DNA of 58,093 nucleotides from Candidatus Buchananbacteria bacterium (GCA_903888345.1 CAISTG010000060.1:1-58093), one strand, 5' to 3'; counted from the first letter of the stretch, positions 21,601 to 29,736 are shown. Notes: generated by a model from the sequence alone, not told the origin. A program made the numbers and translations.

Positions 21601-24600
21601 CCAACCTCTTTTTTGGTACAAACTCCAGAATAAGTTGAGCACATTTCATTTCGATTCTGCAAAACGCTAGTTAACTCTGAAATCGTTTCTGGCCACTTAC
21701 CGCCCAAGGTTTTATAGCAATTGAAATAATCCGGGGCTTTCTTCAAATAGGAAACTTGATTAGCTAAACGCAAACTCGGATCATAAGCGCTATAGGCTGT
21801 GCCACTTAAATTACTTAAAGAAACTTTTTCCAACTTAAAGCTATCAACATTCACCGAGCCATTAACACCGCCAACAGTAAATTTCAAAACCTTGCCGCCC
21901 GCCGGAATTTTAAACCAGCAGGAAACACGTTCCAGGTCCGCGCTACTAGGCGCCGCATTTAAATTCAAACTATTAACGCCGCTCGCGACACAATTAGTGT
22001 CACTAGCAGCAATCGCTAAGTGATTATCACTAGAGGCCTCAGTAACAAAATATAAGTTCAAATTAGTTTGGGCTGCCACATTAGCGTCCGCTCGAGCGAC
22101 ATCATAAGCCAAATTATAATAATCGTTACTATCAACCGCGACCGATTTATTGAACAAACTAGCCGCTGGAATGGTTGCCCCGCCAGTAGCGTTAGCAATC
22201 CAAGCGGAATTCCAACCAGTCAAACCATGTTCAAAACCACCATTATAAATCAAATTGCCACCAGTATTAGCTTTATTACGCAAGAATAAGGAACAGCCAT
22301 CATCTTGAGCGCTGCAAGTGGCTGCATCACGATCTAGATATAAATTAGAGCTATTAGTTTTATTAGGCGCATTAACCGTGCCAGTAAACAACATAATACT
22401 GACCGAGTTCTGACAGGCGGCAGTCATTTTTTGAATTCTAAAATCGTCAAAATATACGTCCGCAATCGAAGCGGCGACAGTCGTAATAGCAATTGTGCTA
22501 GTCGAATGTCCTTTGCTGGAAAATTGTAAAACGTATTCTTTCCAATCACCTAAACTGCCGGCCAAGGTGTAACTAATACCCGCCAAATCATCGCTACCCG
22601 AGAGCACATTAATCTTCAGTAAGCCAGCCGTCACCGAACCCTTAGCCCAGAATTTTAATGAATAGTTGGCATTATTTTTATCCAAGGGAACATTTTCTAA
22701 TTTAGTCACCAATTCAACCGGATTATTGGAAGCAACTGTATGTAAAGACGCATTGCCGCTATGTTTTTGATCGGTAGCGCGATAAGCGCGATTACTTAAG
22801 TTAAAGTAAGCCAATTCATCAGACCAATATCTCGCATCACCGGCGGTCGCTGATTCTTCGAAACCATTATTAAAGCCTGTCCCGCCAATAACATTCCCCT
22901 GTTCATAACAAGCTTCCACCAAACAAGAAACAGCGCTCGGAGCCGTAGTACAGGTATTGCCACTCTTATTGAAGTTACAGGTCTTAGTGCTCGCCTCCCA
23001 GTTGCATTTGCTGTCTACCCCGGAACAGAGCTCTGGCGTACAAGTCTGAGTAATTTTTAACCGATTATTAACGCTGGCATTATGATATTGCTTCACTTTC
23101 CAACTCGCATCACCGCCAACCGTCAAAACTTGCGCGCCACTACTAAGAGCGTAAAGTTGTAAATCCTTGGCTTCGTTTAAAAACTCTCCATTCCAAATCG
23201 CTCCGGCCAAATTAAAATTAGTCGTCAAGGCTTGGCAGCCAACATTTAAATTAGAGCAATTAGAAAAATCAAGTGAGTTCTTTAAGAGCGAACCAGCAGT
23301 GCCACTACGACCACTATAAGTTTGACAGGTGTTATAAGCGGCTTGGCAACTATTGCCGACGTCCCATAAGGCGCGCTCTTCTGAGCAATAACCATAGGCC
23401 TTACAATTACCTTTACTATCGTCAGCCAAACATTGCTGCTCGTCGGCACAATAAGTATCGCGAGCAATATCACCCGTTTGATTATTGCCCGCTGAATTAT
23501 GGGCGCCAAAACCCTCGCGGCGGCAAAAAGCTTCATAAACTTTCAAGAGCCAATTAGGATTAACTAAACCCTTAAAAGCATCGGTATTACAATTATTGAT
23601 TCCCTGCCCATAATAACAATTCATCACTTCACCTAAGGTCCAACGCTTAGCGCTAACGCCAGCAGTTGTGGTCACTTCATTGTTATGGATTTTATTAGCG
23701 GCGATTTCCCAACCCACCGGAACAATGCGGTATTTTCTTAAAATTAAAATGCTGCGATAAGGAATTTCTGTTTCTAAGCTGTTGGTCTGACTAATAATCG
23801 GCGCGAAAGCGCGACCTAAAATATTGGTGCCATTAGAATCGCTCGGCAAATCTTTGACGTAAGTCATTTTCTTAATCTGCTCCGAAAACGAATTATCAAT
23901 AACACAGTCAGTAACATTAGGATTTAATTTAGCGCTATCAGAACAGCTGGCCAATTTCAATAAGACATCGTATTTATTACCAACCTTTTCTTTACTCGTA
24001 ATTAAATTCGCGAACTTATTTTCGGCTCCCGCGGCACCGGAAACGACCGGCGAGGAATTATAATTAAATAAATTAACCAAGGTATCAACGGCATCAGAAG
24101 CATTCAGTCCGAGCGGATTAGAATTAGCACCGGTACTACCTCCCGAATTAGTTGAAGCAAACAAACCAGTTTGCAAGCCGCTCAATAATTGCGACACCAA
24201 AGTATTGCCAAATTCTTCCACCATATCAGCAGCCGTATTAGTGAAAGTTGATAATCCCAATGTGGTGTTACTGTCGGCAGTTTTGTCACGAAAAGTATTG
24301 GCAACCACAGTGCCCGGCGTTAAGATTTTGCCAGCCACATTAGTAATATCCTTCCACAATCCAGTAGTTTCCGCTTTTTTGGTAGCGACATTAACCGCAT
24401 CACCCACATAAGAATTACGCTCATCAGCCATTTGGATCATAAAAGAAATGTCATTGGCTCCTGGTCGCATAGCATTACGATAATCAACGGCAAAGGAAGC
24501 GCTACTAATCGCACCTTCCCAATTGGTCATGATTTTTGAAAAACTACAAGAGGTACTTTTTTGAACTTGCTTATAATTAAGCGCCGTCTGAATCATGAGC

Positions 24601-25211
24601 TTCACCCGGAAATCTGGCTGACATAAATTGACGCCATATTGAGTGCCAATACCATCGATAAACTGTCCTAAAGCCGAGTCCGCTGTATTTTGTAAATAGG
24701 CGCCCCAACCCTCAGTAATAAACAATGGCTGCTGGCCCTTGCCACCGGATGCTACCCAGACGGCTGTGTCATGGGCTACTTGGCGGGAAAAAGTTTTTAA
24801 AGCTGATTTAAACGCAAACGCCAAAACTTCGCGTGCTTTGTCTTTGGTTTTAGCTTCGGCAATCAAAGCCAGTACTTGTTTTTTTTGGGCATCATCAGTG
24901 GCATCCTTAGTACATTGCGCTCCCGCTACTCCAATAGCATCATCATGTTCTTTACAATTCAAAGTAACGCCAGCCGGCAAACAGGGCACCGCTTTAGCAA
25001 TATTAAGCATCACCTGACACTTCCCAATCGTACCACCGTCATAGAGTGCTGGCGATTCCACCGCGATCGAATTGATCGAACTAATGGCATCTGCGCCCGC
25101 TCGAGCTGATGGCGCAAAAAATAAATTGCCGCCAACAAATAGCAGAAAGAAAATCACTAAGACCTTTGCGAACTTTTTGTTTTTAGGATTGCTAAAAACT
25201 ACTGGGATCAT
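15666..25211 (-). CDS. giant (3181 aa) exported Cys-rich protein with several CBM-like jelly-roll domains and a C-terminal PKD-like domain; putative adhesin
   Basis: Signal peptide (..PSARA), many paired Cys, NxxFE starts (NNGFEES, NGGFEHG, NGNFENG) with Y.L.FWAKG and D.F/V.L ends typical of CBM4/9-like folds, and VNWGDG...HSY near the C-terminus. Confidence 0.8.
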   Translation of the reverse strand: MIPVVFSNPKNKKFAKVLVIFFLLFVGGNLFFAPSARAGADAISSINSIAVESPALYDGGTIGKCQVMLNIAKAVPCLPAGVTLNCKEHDDAIGVAGAQCTKDATDDAQKKQVLALIAEAKTKDKAREVLAFAFKSALKTFSRQVAHDTAVWVASGGKGQQPLFITEGWGAYLQNTADSALGQFIDGIGTQYGVNLCQPDFRVKLMIQTALNYKQVQKSTSCSFSKIMTNWEGAISSASFAVDYRNAMRPGANDISFMIQMADERNSYVGDAVNVATKKAETTGLWKDITNVAGKILTPGTVVANTFRDKTADSNTTLGLSTFTNTAADMVEEFGNTLVSQLLSGLQTGLFASTNSGGSTGANSNPLGLNASDAVDTLVNLFNYNSSPVVSGAAGAENKFANLITSKEKVGNKYDVLLKLASCSDSAKLNPNVTDCVIDNSFSEQIKKMTYVKDLPSDSNGTNILGRAFAPIISQTNSLETEIPYRSILILRKYRIVPVGWEIAANKIHNNEVTTTAGVSAKRWTLGEVMNCYYGQGINNCNTDAFKGLVNPNWLLKVYEAFCRREGFGAHNSAGNNQTGDIARDTYCADEQQCLADDSKGNCKAYGYCSEERALWDVGNSCQAAYNTCQTYSGRSGTAGSLLKNSLDFSNCSNLNVGCQALTTNFNLAGAIWNGEFLNEAKDLQLYALSSGAQVLTVGGDASWKVKQYHNASVNNRLKITQTCTPELCSGVDSKCNWEASTKTCNFNKSGNTCTTAPSAVSCLVEACYEQGNVIGGTGFNNGFEESATAGDARYWSDELAYFNLSNRAYRATDQKHSGNASLHTVASNNPVELVTKLENVPLDKNNANYSLKFWAKGSVTAGLLKINVLSGSDDLAGISYTLAGSLGDWKEYVLQFSSKGHSTSTIAITTVAASIADVYFDDFRIQKMTAACQNSVSIMLFTGTVNAPNKTNSSNLYLDRDAATCSAQDDGCSLFLRNKANTGGNLIYNGGFEHGLTGWNSAWIANATGGATIPAASLFNKSVAVDSNDYYNLAYDVARADANVAAQTNLNLYFVTEASSDNHLAIAASDTNCVASGVNSLNLNAAPSSADLERVSCWFKIPAGGKVLKFTVGGVNGSVNVDSFKLEKVSLSNLSGTAYSAYDPSLRLANQVSYLKKAPDYFNCYKTLGGKWPETISELTSVLQNRNEMCSTYSGVCTKKEVGCEAYTPASGDPLVPGVVDNLDLCGSECVGYQVFKQESTYFATSTFKQFIADSKVKYCSAADAGCDEFTNLDVIGQGAEVKEYFSELRACQKPAADDAAYYTWEGSDTTGYQLKSYTLKKSNISTAACTNLKYFDSSNVKAGQNYCDDASSAAICSQDQMITNPDCRELYDVNGNIAYRLLSKTVTVAADCHPYRRTQTQATVAQAQADCIESHGYFNKNSECVYMSISTEARSCSAAAKGCRAYTGNQGNNVRNVIDVQDFAAGTSTDDAWFDMRNPLGKTGLKISTEATFPGGNSLSNALASDNIQRKVTLTKNKTYILSFWAKGDQSYYASSIKFSDAPASDYFTYSRVVGDNLLGGRVQITNNWRYYELGPVFVSWDPAVDEYLVFNLGGQKIYLDNVILKEISNKVYLIDNSWYTPISCDNRMDDADGKKAIASGTCQDSSSGRCSIGEMVGCQAYSDRFKNPWYLRSFSSLCREEAVGCEALVDTHNSEAPEATTVNAGTDVNGYDADVVTVPADETVYMVNRAEFSCQASAKGCTAVGLPLIDRWDQTLGYSTLFLKNDPDTYDTSMCKHEEQWCEQYTTNDSTTYFKDPHGKVCAYGRPNATLAEGWYVSGTEEKCATTTNLTLGTGYEPAVKKSQPVGPVDNVTMAINPSYDGWAGTCPTAQSGCSEYVDPLPYIYTNQVLSSACQVNGQATSSCSKVKLKANTLYSYSVVGGLNFTPIAGSCASQPLTSETVDGQTFALLGGKVSGSYFYINEPNKTDCFYNLATKNGHVFDFNEDTRAGGDKITIAGVYYATKNSVNKSECAGVVDFNKGCVLFNERDGLDYSVLPNTSATVAKRFYDYLTYRAPDTFALNMQLSGAQNAVNPSLSNGSEGDSNAILKVKPNRTCSNWLTCTTYEKAQANDNNPFFSVNDRCLQVKACDYVDDNGQCGDFVDNASSTMITADNVSRFAGATGFAGANLKYYDMMKQNGESSSVVNGNFENGYNGTAEPIGWSGAYYKCADLSNCTGDPTESGLTWIPNNYSLSNLGNIAHEGSNYLKLNAGNAVISEPVELNSNNSYYVSLWVNTQNLNGQADGRTGDKPRAEVQLKFTSLQGAPITNTGIVELLSADGTRSTSIDPNDNGGWIFDNSLRLASGQQWTQLKYRIKVLNQSVNLSFALMNMNPDAEKNYDNTKLGGYSAWDEIEVKPVLNAGTDNEVNRSCRVYPTANAQACSYNDNNTNYYGQYGYCLLNDPSNAQQCLQWWPVDTIKGEMLSDFNGYYKERYPLYYCLAKAKSNPIDLNTAMANLGKFGQGGASSGYTTDNFSDLGSIQAVAFSPDNAWAPMFRYPFVYRFDFLGGIFGIGSTGSHKPIVGVLNATMYPKMVCPGIASLAQLIFGVDPANGFLCYREIAPSSNTVTTTNDTCDDSDPQCANKKEGLNWVEEHVIQPVKNLIISALKDIAGSLNLNQDDEWGGWGSVGTMVDVAGLIAVVHLELPWHTVMGFQESFIGKLASTAISLIGGLAQAVPVVGDLAHLFVMYGGMKIVTDQDLQYASRFTDPDPNRPGDVLGFVHYWDIGGAQGFGDKTGGAALGGNVSAKISPEYCTDIVQVVNSSGQNRAWAARLSSGSGYTGAGSDCVTDSLIAGTQCFYQSTYCLSSINNCKDSAGKDWKGNCDNLIGCPDSNAVVDPGDDNRILLCSGQNVNSVNKANGSGSRLAANYFCDSSNGYPAIFSKIYAYNGYNYLTTDYKPYGSVVAPITSQNPSNWDTRPGTSGKQPLYYETPFGSTAPYQARMGQVYTVDNLKALFAKSYGHWIWSNKDSGYQKVDSGLWSVPTEYCEDRNPSFSYRSSTNENIYCKIRPKFPISPSSTPSVVSNIGSIKFVFVVDVDANQLPLKSFEVNWGDGDKTSYAGVSLLNRPDQKNPLTLYHSYSYYSLIKNLPACSGAVSENCNDGTNVFKMRPNVKVIDNWNADNTAASVNFISVNGPQ

Positions 25212-25219
25212 ATTGAAAA

Positions 25220-26170
25220 TTATTGATTGTTTAATTTAGCTTGAAGTTGGGCAATAAAATTTATCTTTAACTGCTCATCAGTCACTGAAGCCAAAACTGA
25301 GGCGTCAGCACCGAGATTAGTAATCATTAACTGGCGAATTTGCGCGCCAGTTAGATTCTGTAAATCAGCAGCGCTTTTAATATTTAAAGCCTTTAAATCC
25401 AGACTCGTAGAGGTAGAATTAATCGTCTTAACAACTGCAGTTGAGGTGGCCGTAACCGCCTTAACCTTTAATCCTTGTAATCCACTAAAGTCATAGCCCT
25501 GACTAGTTAAGGTTTGTACAACATCGGGATTATCGTTCAAATAAGTCGAAAATTCTGTCATAATTTCAGCGTCTGATAATGCACTCACTTCGGTATCGGT
25601 CAAACCAGTTTGCTTCATCATTTCTCTAATAACAGCAGGGGTAATAACTGGCGCCGACGCCGTTATAGCACTGCCAGTCAAACTTGGAGCCGCATAAGTC
25701 GAGGTGCCAGTATCCGCACCGGCCGAAAAACAAACTTGCCCCTCAGGACAATTGGGATCAGTGCCACGCTTGACCTCATCGCCATCGCTAATGCCATCAC
25801 TGTCAGAATCGGCAATATAAGGACTTGTGTTGTATTGGTTGACTTCCAAATAATCAGTTAAGCCATCCTGGTCAGTATCAATAGTTTGTTGAGCTAATAA
25901 CGCTTGTTGCTGCAATTCTGTTGCCGCTGCCTGGTCTTTAGCAGCCTTAGCCAAAATCGTTGAAAACGGATTAGTTAAATTAAAATAAAAGACCAATAAG
26001 CCAAAAAGCATGGACCCCAGGCCCACGACGATAACTAAAATTGATCTGAATTTTTCTTGGCGACGCAACATTTCAGACTGAGCCGACCGATTACCATCGG
26101 CCAATTCCGACTCTACGCCATTAACGCCAGAAAAATTATTCCAACCACTGTTTTTTTCTTCACCTTCCAT
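25220..26170 (-). CDS. membrane-anchored protein with thrombospondin type-3-like Ca-binding repeats
   Basis: TM at ~aa 43-65, DTDQDGLTDYLE..DSDSDGISDGDEV..GTDPNCP; first gene of the operon. Confidence 0.8.
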   Translation of the reverse strand: MEGEEKNSGWNNFSGVNGVESELADGNRSAQSEMLRRQEKFRSILVIVVGLGSMLFGLLVFYFNLTNPFSTILAKAAKDQAAATELQQQALLAQQTIDTDQDGLTDYLEVNQYNTSPYIADSDSDGISDGDEVKRGTDPNCPEGQVCFSAGADTGTSTYAAPSLTGSAITASAPVITPAVIREMMKQTGLTDTEVSALSDAEIMTEFSTYLNDNPDVVQTLTSQGYDFSGLQGLKVKAVTATSTAVVKTINSTSTSLDLKALNIKSAADLQNLTGAQIRQLMITNLGADASVLASVTDEQLKINFIAQLQAKLNNQ

Positions 26171-26176
26171 GTGAGT

Positions 26177-26185
26177 TGTGGATAA
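26177..26185 (-). promoter_or_regulatory. consensus DnaA box in the 5' UTR
   Basis: TTATCCACA on the minus strand, just upstream of the 26170 ATG. Confidence 0.5.
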
Positions 26186-26196
26186 GTTATGAATTA

Positions 26197-26225
26197 ATTA
26201 TACCATATTTTAGATTTGTAACCAA
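26197..26225 (-). promoter_or_regulatory. promoter of the T4SS-like operon
   Basis: TTGGTT-17bp-TATAAT with an extended -10 (TGgTATAAT). Confidence 0.6.
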
Positions 26226-26294
26226 GTATATATTAGGACATAAAGTAATAAAATTTTCAAAGCATATTTATCACTTCGCGAGCCATCTCTCTTC

Positions 26295-26387
26295 GTCAGT
26301 ACAAGCTTTCATTTTTTTGTCATGACGAGTCTTCATTCTTTGTTATAGCGAGCTTTCATTGTTTGTCATGGCGAGCTTTCATTCTTT
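26295..26387. repeat. degenerate 23-24 bp tandem repeat (4 units)
   Basis: Units start at 26295, 26319, 26342 and 26365; consensus GTCATGGCGAGCTTTCATTCTTT; they run directly into the GTCATTCC element. Confidence 0.8.
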
Positions 26388-26479
26388 GTCATTCCGGGCT
26401 TGACCCGGAATCTGAGCCCAATACTCTAAAATAAGATTCTGGCTCAAGCCTGCCTACCGGTAGGCAGGGCAGGAATGAC
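26388..26479. repeat. GTCATTCC...GGAATGAC element with a nested 20-bp palindrome
   Basis: Matches 10031-10107 but carries CCTGCCTACCGGTAGGCAGG at 26449-26468. Confidence 0.8.
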
Positions 26480-26493
26480 TGGGCGCGATAGGC

Positions 26494-26570
26494 GTCATCC
26501 TGAATAAAATGAAGGATCCCATGTTTAACACACGAGATCCTTCACTCCGCTTCGCTATATTCAGGATGAC
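26494..26570. repeat. GTCATCCTGA...TCAGGATGAC palindromic element
   Basis: Inverted ends GTCATCCTGAATA/TATTCAGGATGAC and internal GAAGGATC/GATCCTTC. Confidence 0.8.
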
Positions 26571-26582
26571 AGCTAAAGCAAT

Positions 26583-27422
26583 TTAATACTTTTTTTCGGT
26601 GGTTAATTTCGTCAAAGCAATCCAATTATCGACACTCAAATCTTGGGCGCGAATATCTTCACGCAAGCCTAACTGCTGTAAAAGCTGCTTTATCTCCTCG
26701 CTATTTCTCTTTAAACCGCCTGCTAAATTATTGTGTAATTGCTTCCGTTTCGCGGCAAAGCCAATACGGGCCAAACGAAACAATGCTTTCGGGTCAATGT
26801 CAGGCAACTGCTGTTTAACCTTAATCTTAATTACGGCTGAGTCAATTTCCGGTTCCGGCCAAAAGCAAGACCGTGGTACCTCAAATAAAATCTCCGGTTC
26901 ACCAAAAAATTGCGCCGACAGTGCCAGCAAATTCATCTCGCCCAGCTGCGAGATAATGCGTTTAGCCACTTCTTTCTGAATCATCACGATAATTTCTAAT
27001 GGCTTCGGACCATATTCCAAAAACATTCGAAAGAATTTAGAAGTAATACTATAAGGCAGATTAGCAACAATCTTAAATTTAAAATCCTGTAACCCCAACT
27101 CGCGAAAATTCACCCGCAAGGCATCAGCTTCCACTAATTTAAGCTTTCCCTGTTGTAATGGCTCAGTAAACTGTTTTTTTAAATACACAATCACTTGATC
27201 ATCCAACTCTACTGCCAACAAATTATCAACTGTTTCTAATAATTTTTCAGTTAATACACCCAAACCCGGACCAATTTCTAAAATTTGGTCAGTCGGCTTC
27301 AGGTTAGCGCCAGCTAAAATCTTAGCGATAATATTATCATCAACTAAGAAATTTTGGCCCTTGCTTTTAGTGGGTTTAATGCCATAAGCTTGGCAAAGCT
27401 CTTTAACTTTACTAGGTAACAT
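26583..27422 (-). CDS. rsmA: 16S rRNA m6(2)A dimethyltransferase RsmA/KsgA
   Basis: KSKGQNFL, LEIGPGLGVLT, VANLPYSIT, FWPEPEIDSAV, F.AKRKQL.NNL. Confidence 0.96.
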   Translation of the reverse strand: MLPSKVKELCQAYGIKPTKSKGQNFLVDDNIIAKILAGANLKPTDQILEIGPGLGVLTEKLLETVDNLLAVELDDQVIVYLKKQFTEPLQQGKLKLVEADALRVNFRELGLQDFKFKIVANLPYSITSKFFRMFLEYGPKPLEIIVMIQKEVAKRIISQLGEMNLLALSAQFFGEPEILFEVPRSCFWPEPEIDSAVIKIKVKQQLPDIDPKALFRLARIGFAAKRKQLHNNLAGGLKRNSEEIKQLLQQLGLREDIRAQDLSVDNWIALTKLTTEKKY

Positions 27423-28393
27423 AAACTTAAAATAATAATGAAATCGGTTATTGCAATTGCCATAATACCAGTAAATCTGATATTTATCAACTCGCCACCG
27501 ATAGTTTTAATGATAAGAAATTGTAAAAAATAGAGCACTAGTGCGTTTTTACCCAATAACTCCAAATCTTGGAGCCAAAAATATCGCTTGACTCGTAAGC
27601 CATAAGCCGCCGCGAAACCACTTAATATGCAGCCAAAAATCCAGAGCCAAGTCAATGTTGAAGGAACCCAGTAACCAGCTAAATTATAGTCATAACCAAA
27701 CAAGAATAACCACCAGCGACCGGTCAAAATCGACAAAAAGAACCAAACTACCAACAAAATCCCACCCCACCAGCCTAAATTTTTTGCCAACCGTGCTTGC
27801 GCTTCAGAAGAAAGCAACAACAAATAACGACCCAGGGCAGCACCAAGCAACAACACCAACACCCAAGGATAAAGTGAAAATTCTCCAAAAACTATTTGCG
27901 TTAAAATTGAATGCTGAGTCACAGCGAGCTTAATAACTGGGAACAATAACGGATAAGACAACAACAAACCGAAACCAATAGCGACAGCCATCATGATCGA
28001 CTGTTTTGTTTTCAAATATTTAAGCACCGGATAACTTAACACCAAGCCACTGCCGATTGTTAATAAAATTCGTCCGAAATACCAGGAGCCTTCCAATAGA
28101 AAAAAGGCCGCGTTAATAATAATACCAAGTAACAATAACCAGAGGCCACGCCGCCAAAAATAATCGAATTTCAAAGTCTCCCCCGTTGCTAATTTATTCT
28201 GCCAAGTAACGGCCGCACTAAAGCCGGCAACAAACAAAAACAGCGGCGCTGCCCAAGTAACCGTCAAATACACTACTAAGTAATTGGCGTAACTAGTTGA
28301 CGTCGCTGACACCAGATAATGACCGACATGATTAATAATCATGGCCACAATCGCCAGACCCCGCAAAGAATCAAGATAACTGAGTCGCTTCAT
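27344..28393 (-). CDS. DUF1624 / heparan-alpha-glucosaminide N-acetyltransferase-like membrane protein
   Basis: RLSYLDSLRGLAIVAMIINH, AAPLFLFVAGFS, multiple TMs. Confidence 0.8.
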   Translation of the reverse strand: MKRLSYLDSLRGLAIVAMIINHVGHYLVSATSTSYANYLVVYLTVTWAAPLFLFVAGFSAAVTWQNKLATGETLKFDYFWRRGLWLLLLGIIINAAFFLLEGSWYFGRILLTIGSGLVLSYPVLKYLKTKQSIMMAVAIGFGLLLSYPLLFPVIKLAVTQHSILTQIVFGEFSLYPWVLVLLLGAALGRYLLLLSSEAQARLAKNLGWWGGILLVVWFFLSILTGRWWLFLFGYDYNLAGYWVPSTLTWLWIFGCILSGFAAAYGLRVKRYFWLQDLELLGKNALVLYFLQFLIIKTIGGELINIRFTGIMAIAITDFIIILSLCYLVKLKSFAKLMALNPLKARAKIS

Positions 28394-28396
28394 GTA

Positions 28397-29587
28397 TTAG
28401 CGTGCTTTAAAAAATAAATAAAATAAAGACATCACTGCACCCAAAATAAACATTGCATTCCAGCCGGGCGTAAATATTTGTAATAAAATCAAACAAAGCA
28501 ACATGGCTACAATCTTGCCAATAACCAACGACATCTCAAAAAACACAATCGAGTTCATAACTGAACCTTGCTGCGCCTCTTGATATAAATCGGCGGTGAT
28601 TGGTAATGCAATAGTATTTTTAGCAACCCGAGAATACACATCGACTGTCGCCACGCCAAACGGATGACGCACCAAGACCTTAAAAACCCAACTTAAAAAA
28701 TATAAAATCGTGCCATAACGCAACACCCTATTCTTATCACTCTTATCCGTCCAACGACCGACAAATAATAACACTAAGGTCGATAAAAAGATAGAAATAG
28801 CCGAAATTAAACCTAATCCCAAATAGTCACTGGCTACTAAAAACATAAAAATCGGCCACATATTTAAAATAATCCACTCTTCCCCATAACCCATATGTGC
28901 CAGAAATTTCTTTCCGGTATTCTTCGCAAATAAGCGTCTAAAGGCAGCCCAGTAAGCAAAGGGGTGCGGATCAAATTGCTCCTTAGTAATTAACATGGGT
29001 ATATTTGAAACTAAAATCAAAACCGATACCACCAAAAATAAAACTTTAAAGCCATAAAATTGTAAAATCAAACCACCAATAAGCGGGCCAGCAATAAACA
29101 CCAAAGCCTCCAGAATATATAGATTAGATAACTCCCTCCCTTGTTCACCTTGCGAAGAAAACTTAGCAAAATTGGAGTGATAAGCGGGCCAATAGAAAGC
29201 CTTAGCAATCGCATAAATAATCATCGCCAGTATAACAGCTGGATAAAACCGATTCATGCCAAACAAAAAGAAATAGAGGGCAATTTGGAAAATTGAAGCT
29301 AAGGCAATCGAGTTTTCATAGCCATAGCGCTTCGCAAATTTAGCGCCAAGCGGGACGATAAATAAATAAATTATATAAACTCCCAAGTAGAATAAGGTTA
29401 CTTGTTCCAAAGCACCCTTCAGTGGAAAAAATTTCGAAAAGAAAACATACAAAAAAACCGGCTCAAAAATCGAGACCATCGCGACAGCGAAATCCAAAAT
29501 TAGAGTCGCCGTATAAAGTTCGCGCACCTGTCGCGTTAAGCGATGAGCAAAGAGAGAGTTAACGATGTTGAAGGGTTTTGAGAGCAT
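28397..29587 (-). CDS. MFS transporter
   Basis: About 12 TMs; GAKFAKRYG and GRWTDKSDK motif-A-like loops. Confidence 0.85.
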   Translation of the reverse strand: MLSKPFNIVNSLFAHRLTRQVRELYTATLILDFAVAMVSIFEPVFLYVFFSKFFPLKGALEQVTLFYLGVYIIYLFIVPLGAKFAKRYGYENSIALASIFQIALYFFLFGMNRFYPAVILAMIIYAIAKAFYWPAYHSNFAKFSSQGEQGRELSNLYILEALVFIAGPLIGGLILQFYGFKVLFLVVSVLILVSNIPMLITKEQFDPHPFAYWAAFRRLFAKNTGKKFLAHMGYGEEWIILNMWPIFMFLVASDYLGLGLISAISIFLSTLVLLFVGRWTDKSDKNRVLRYGTILYFLSWVFKVLVRHPFGVATVDVYSRVAKNTIALPITADLYQEAQQGSVMNSIVFFEMSLVIGKIVAMLLCLILLQIFTPGWNAMFILGAVMSLFYLFFKAR

Positions 29588-29736
29588 GGCTATTTATTTG
29601 ATTTTAATTTTTTGTTCCGGTCTTAGTTCCCGTCCCCGCCTTACGACCATTTGAAAATATTGTGCTGATTTTATGCGGGAACGACTCAAAAATTATCGCA
29701 AGCGACAGCGTCAGATAATTTTTAGGAGTGAAGCAT

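Noticed and set aside
5662..26170. Integrative conjugative element
   Set aside because: No integrase, relaxase, coupling protein, att repeats or cargo; the layout looks like a resident chromosomal locus.
26295..26387. Possible CRISPR array
   Set aside because: Contiguous 23-bp units with no unique spacers, and no cas genes in the window.
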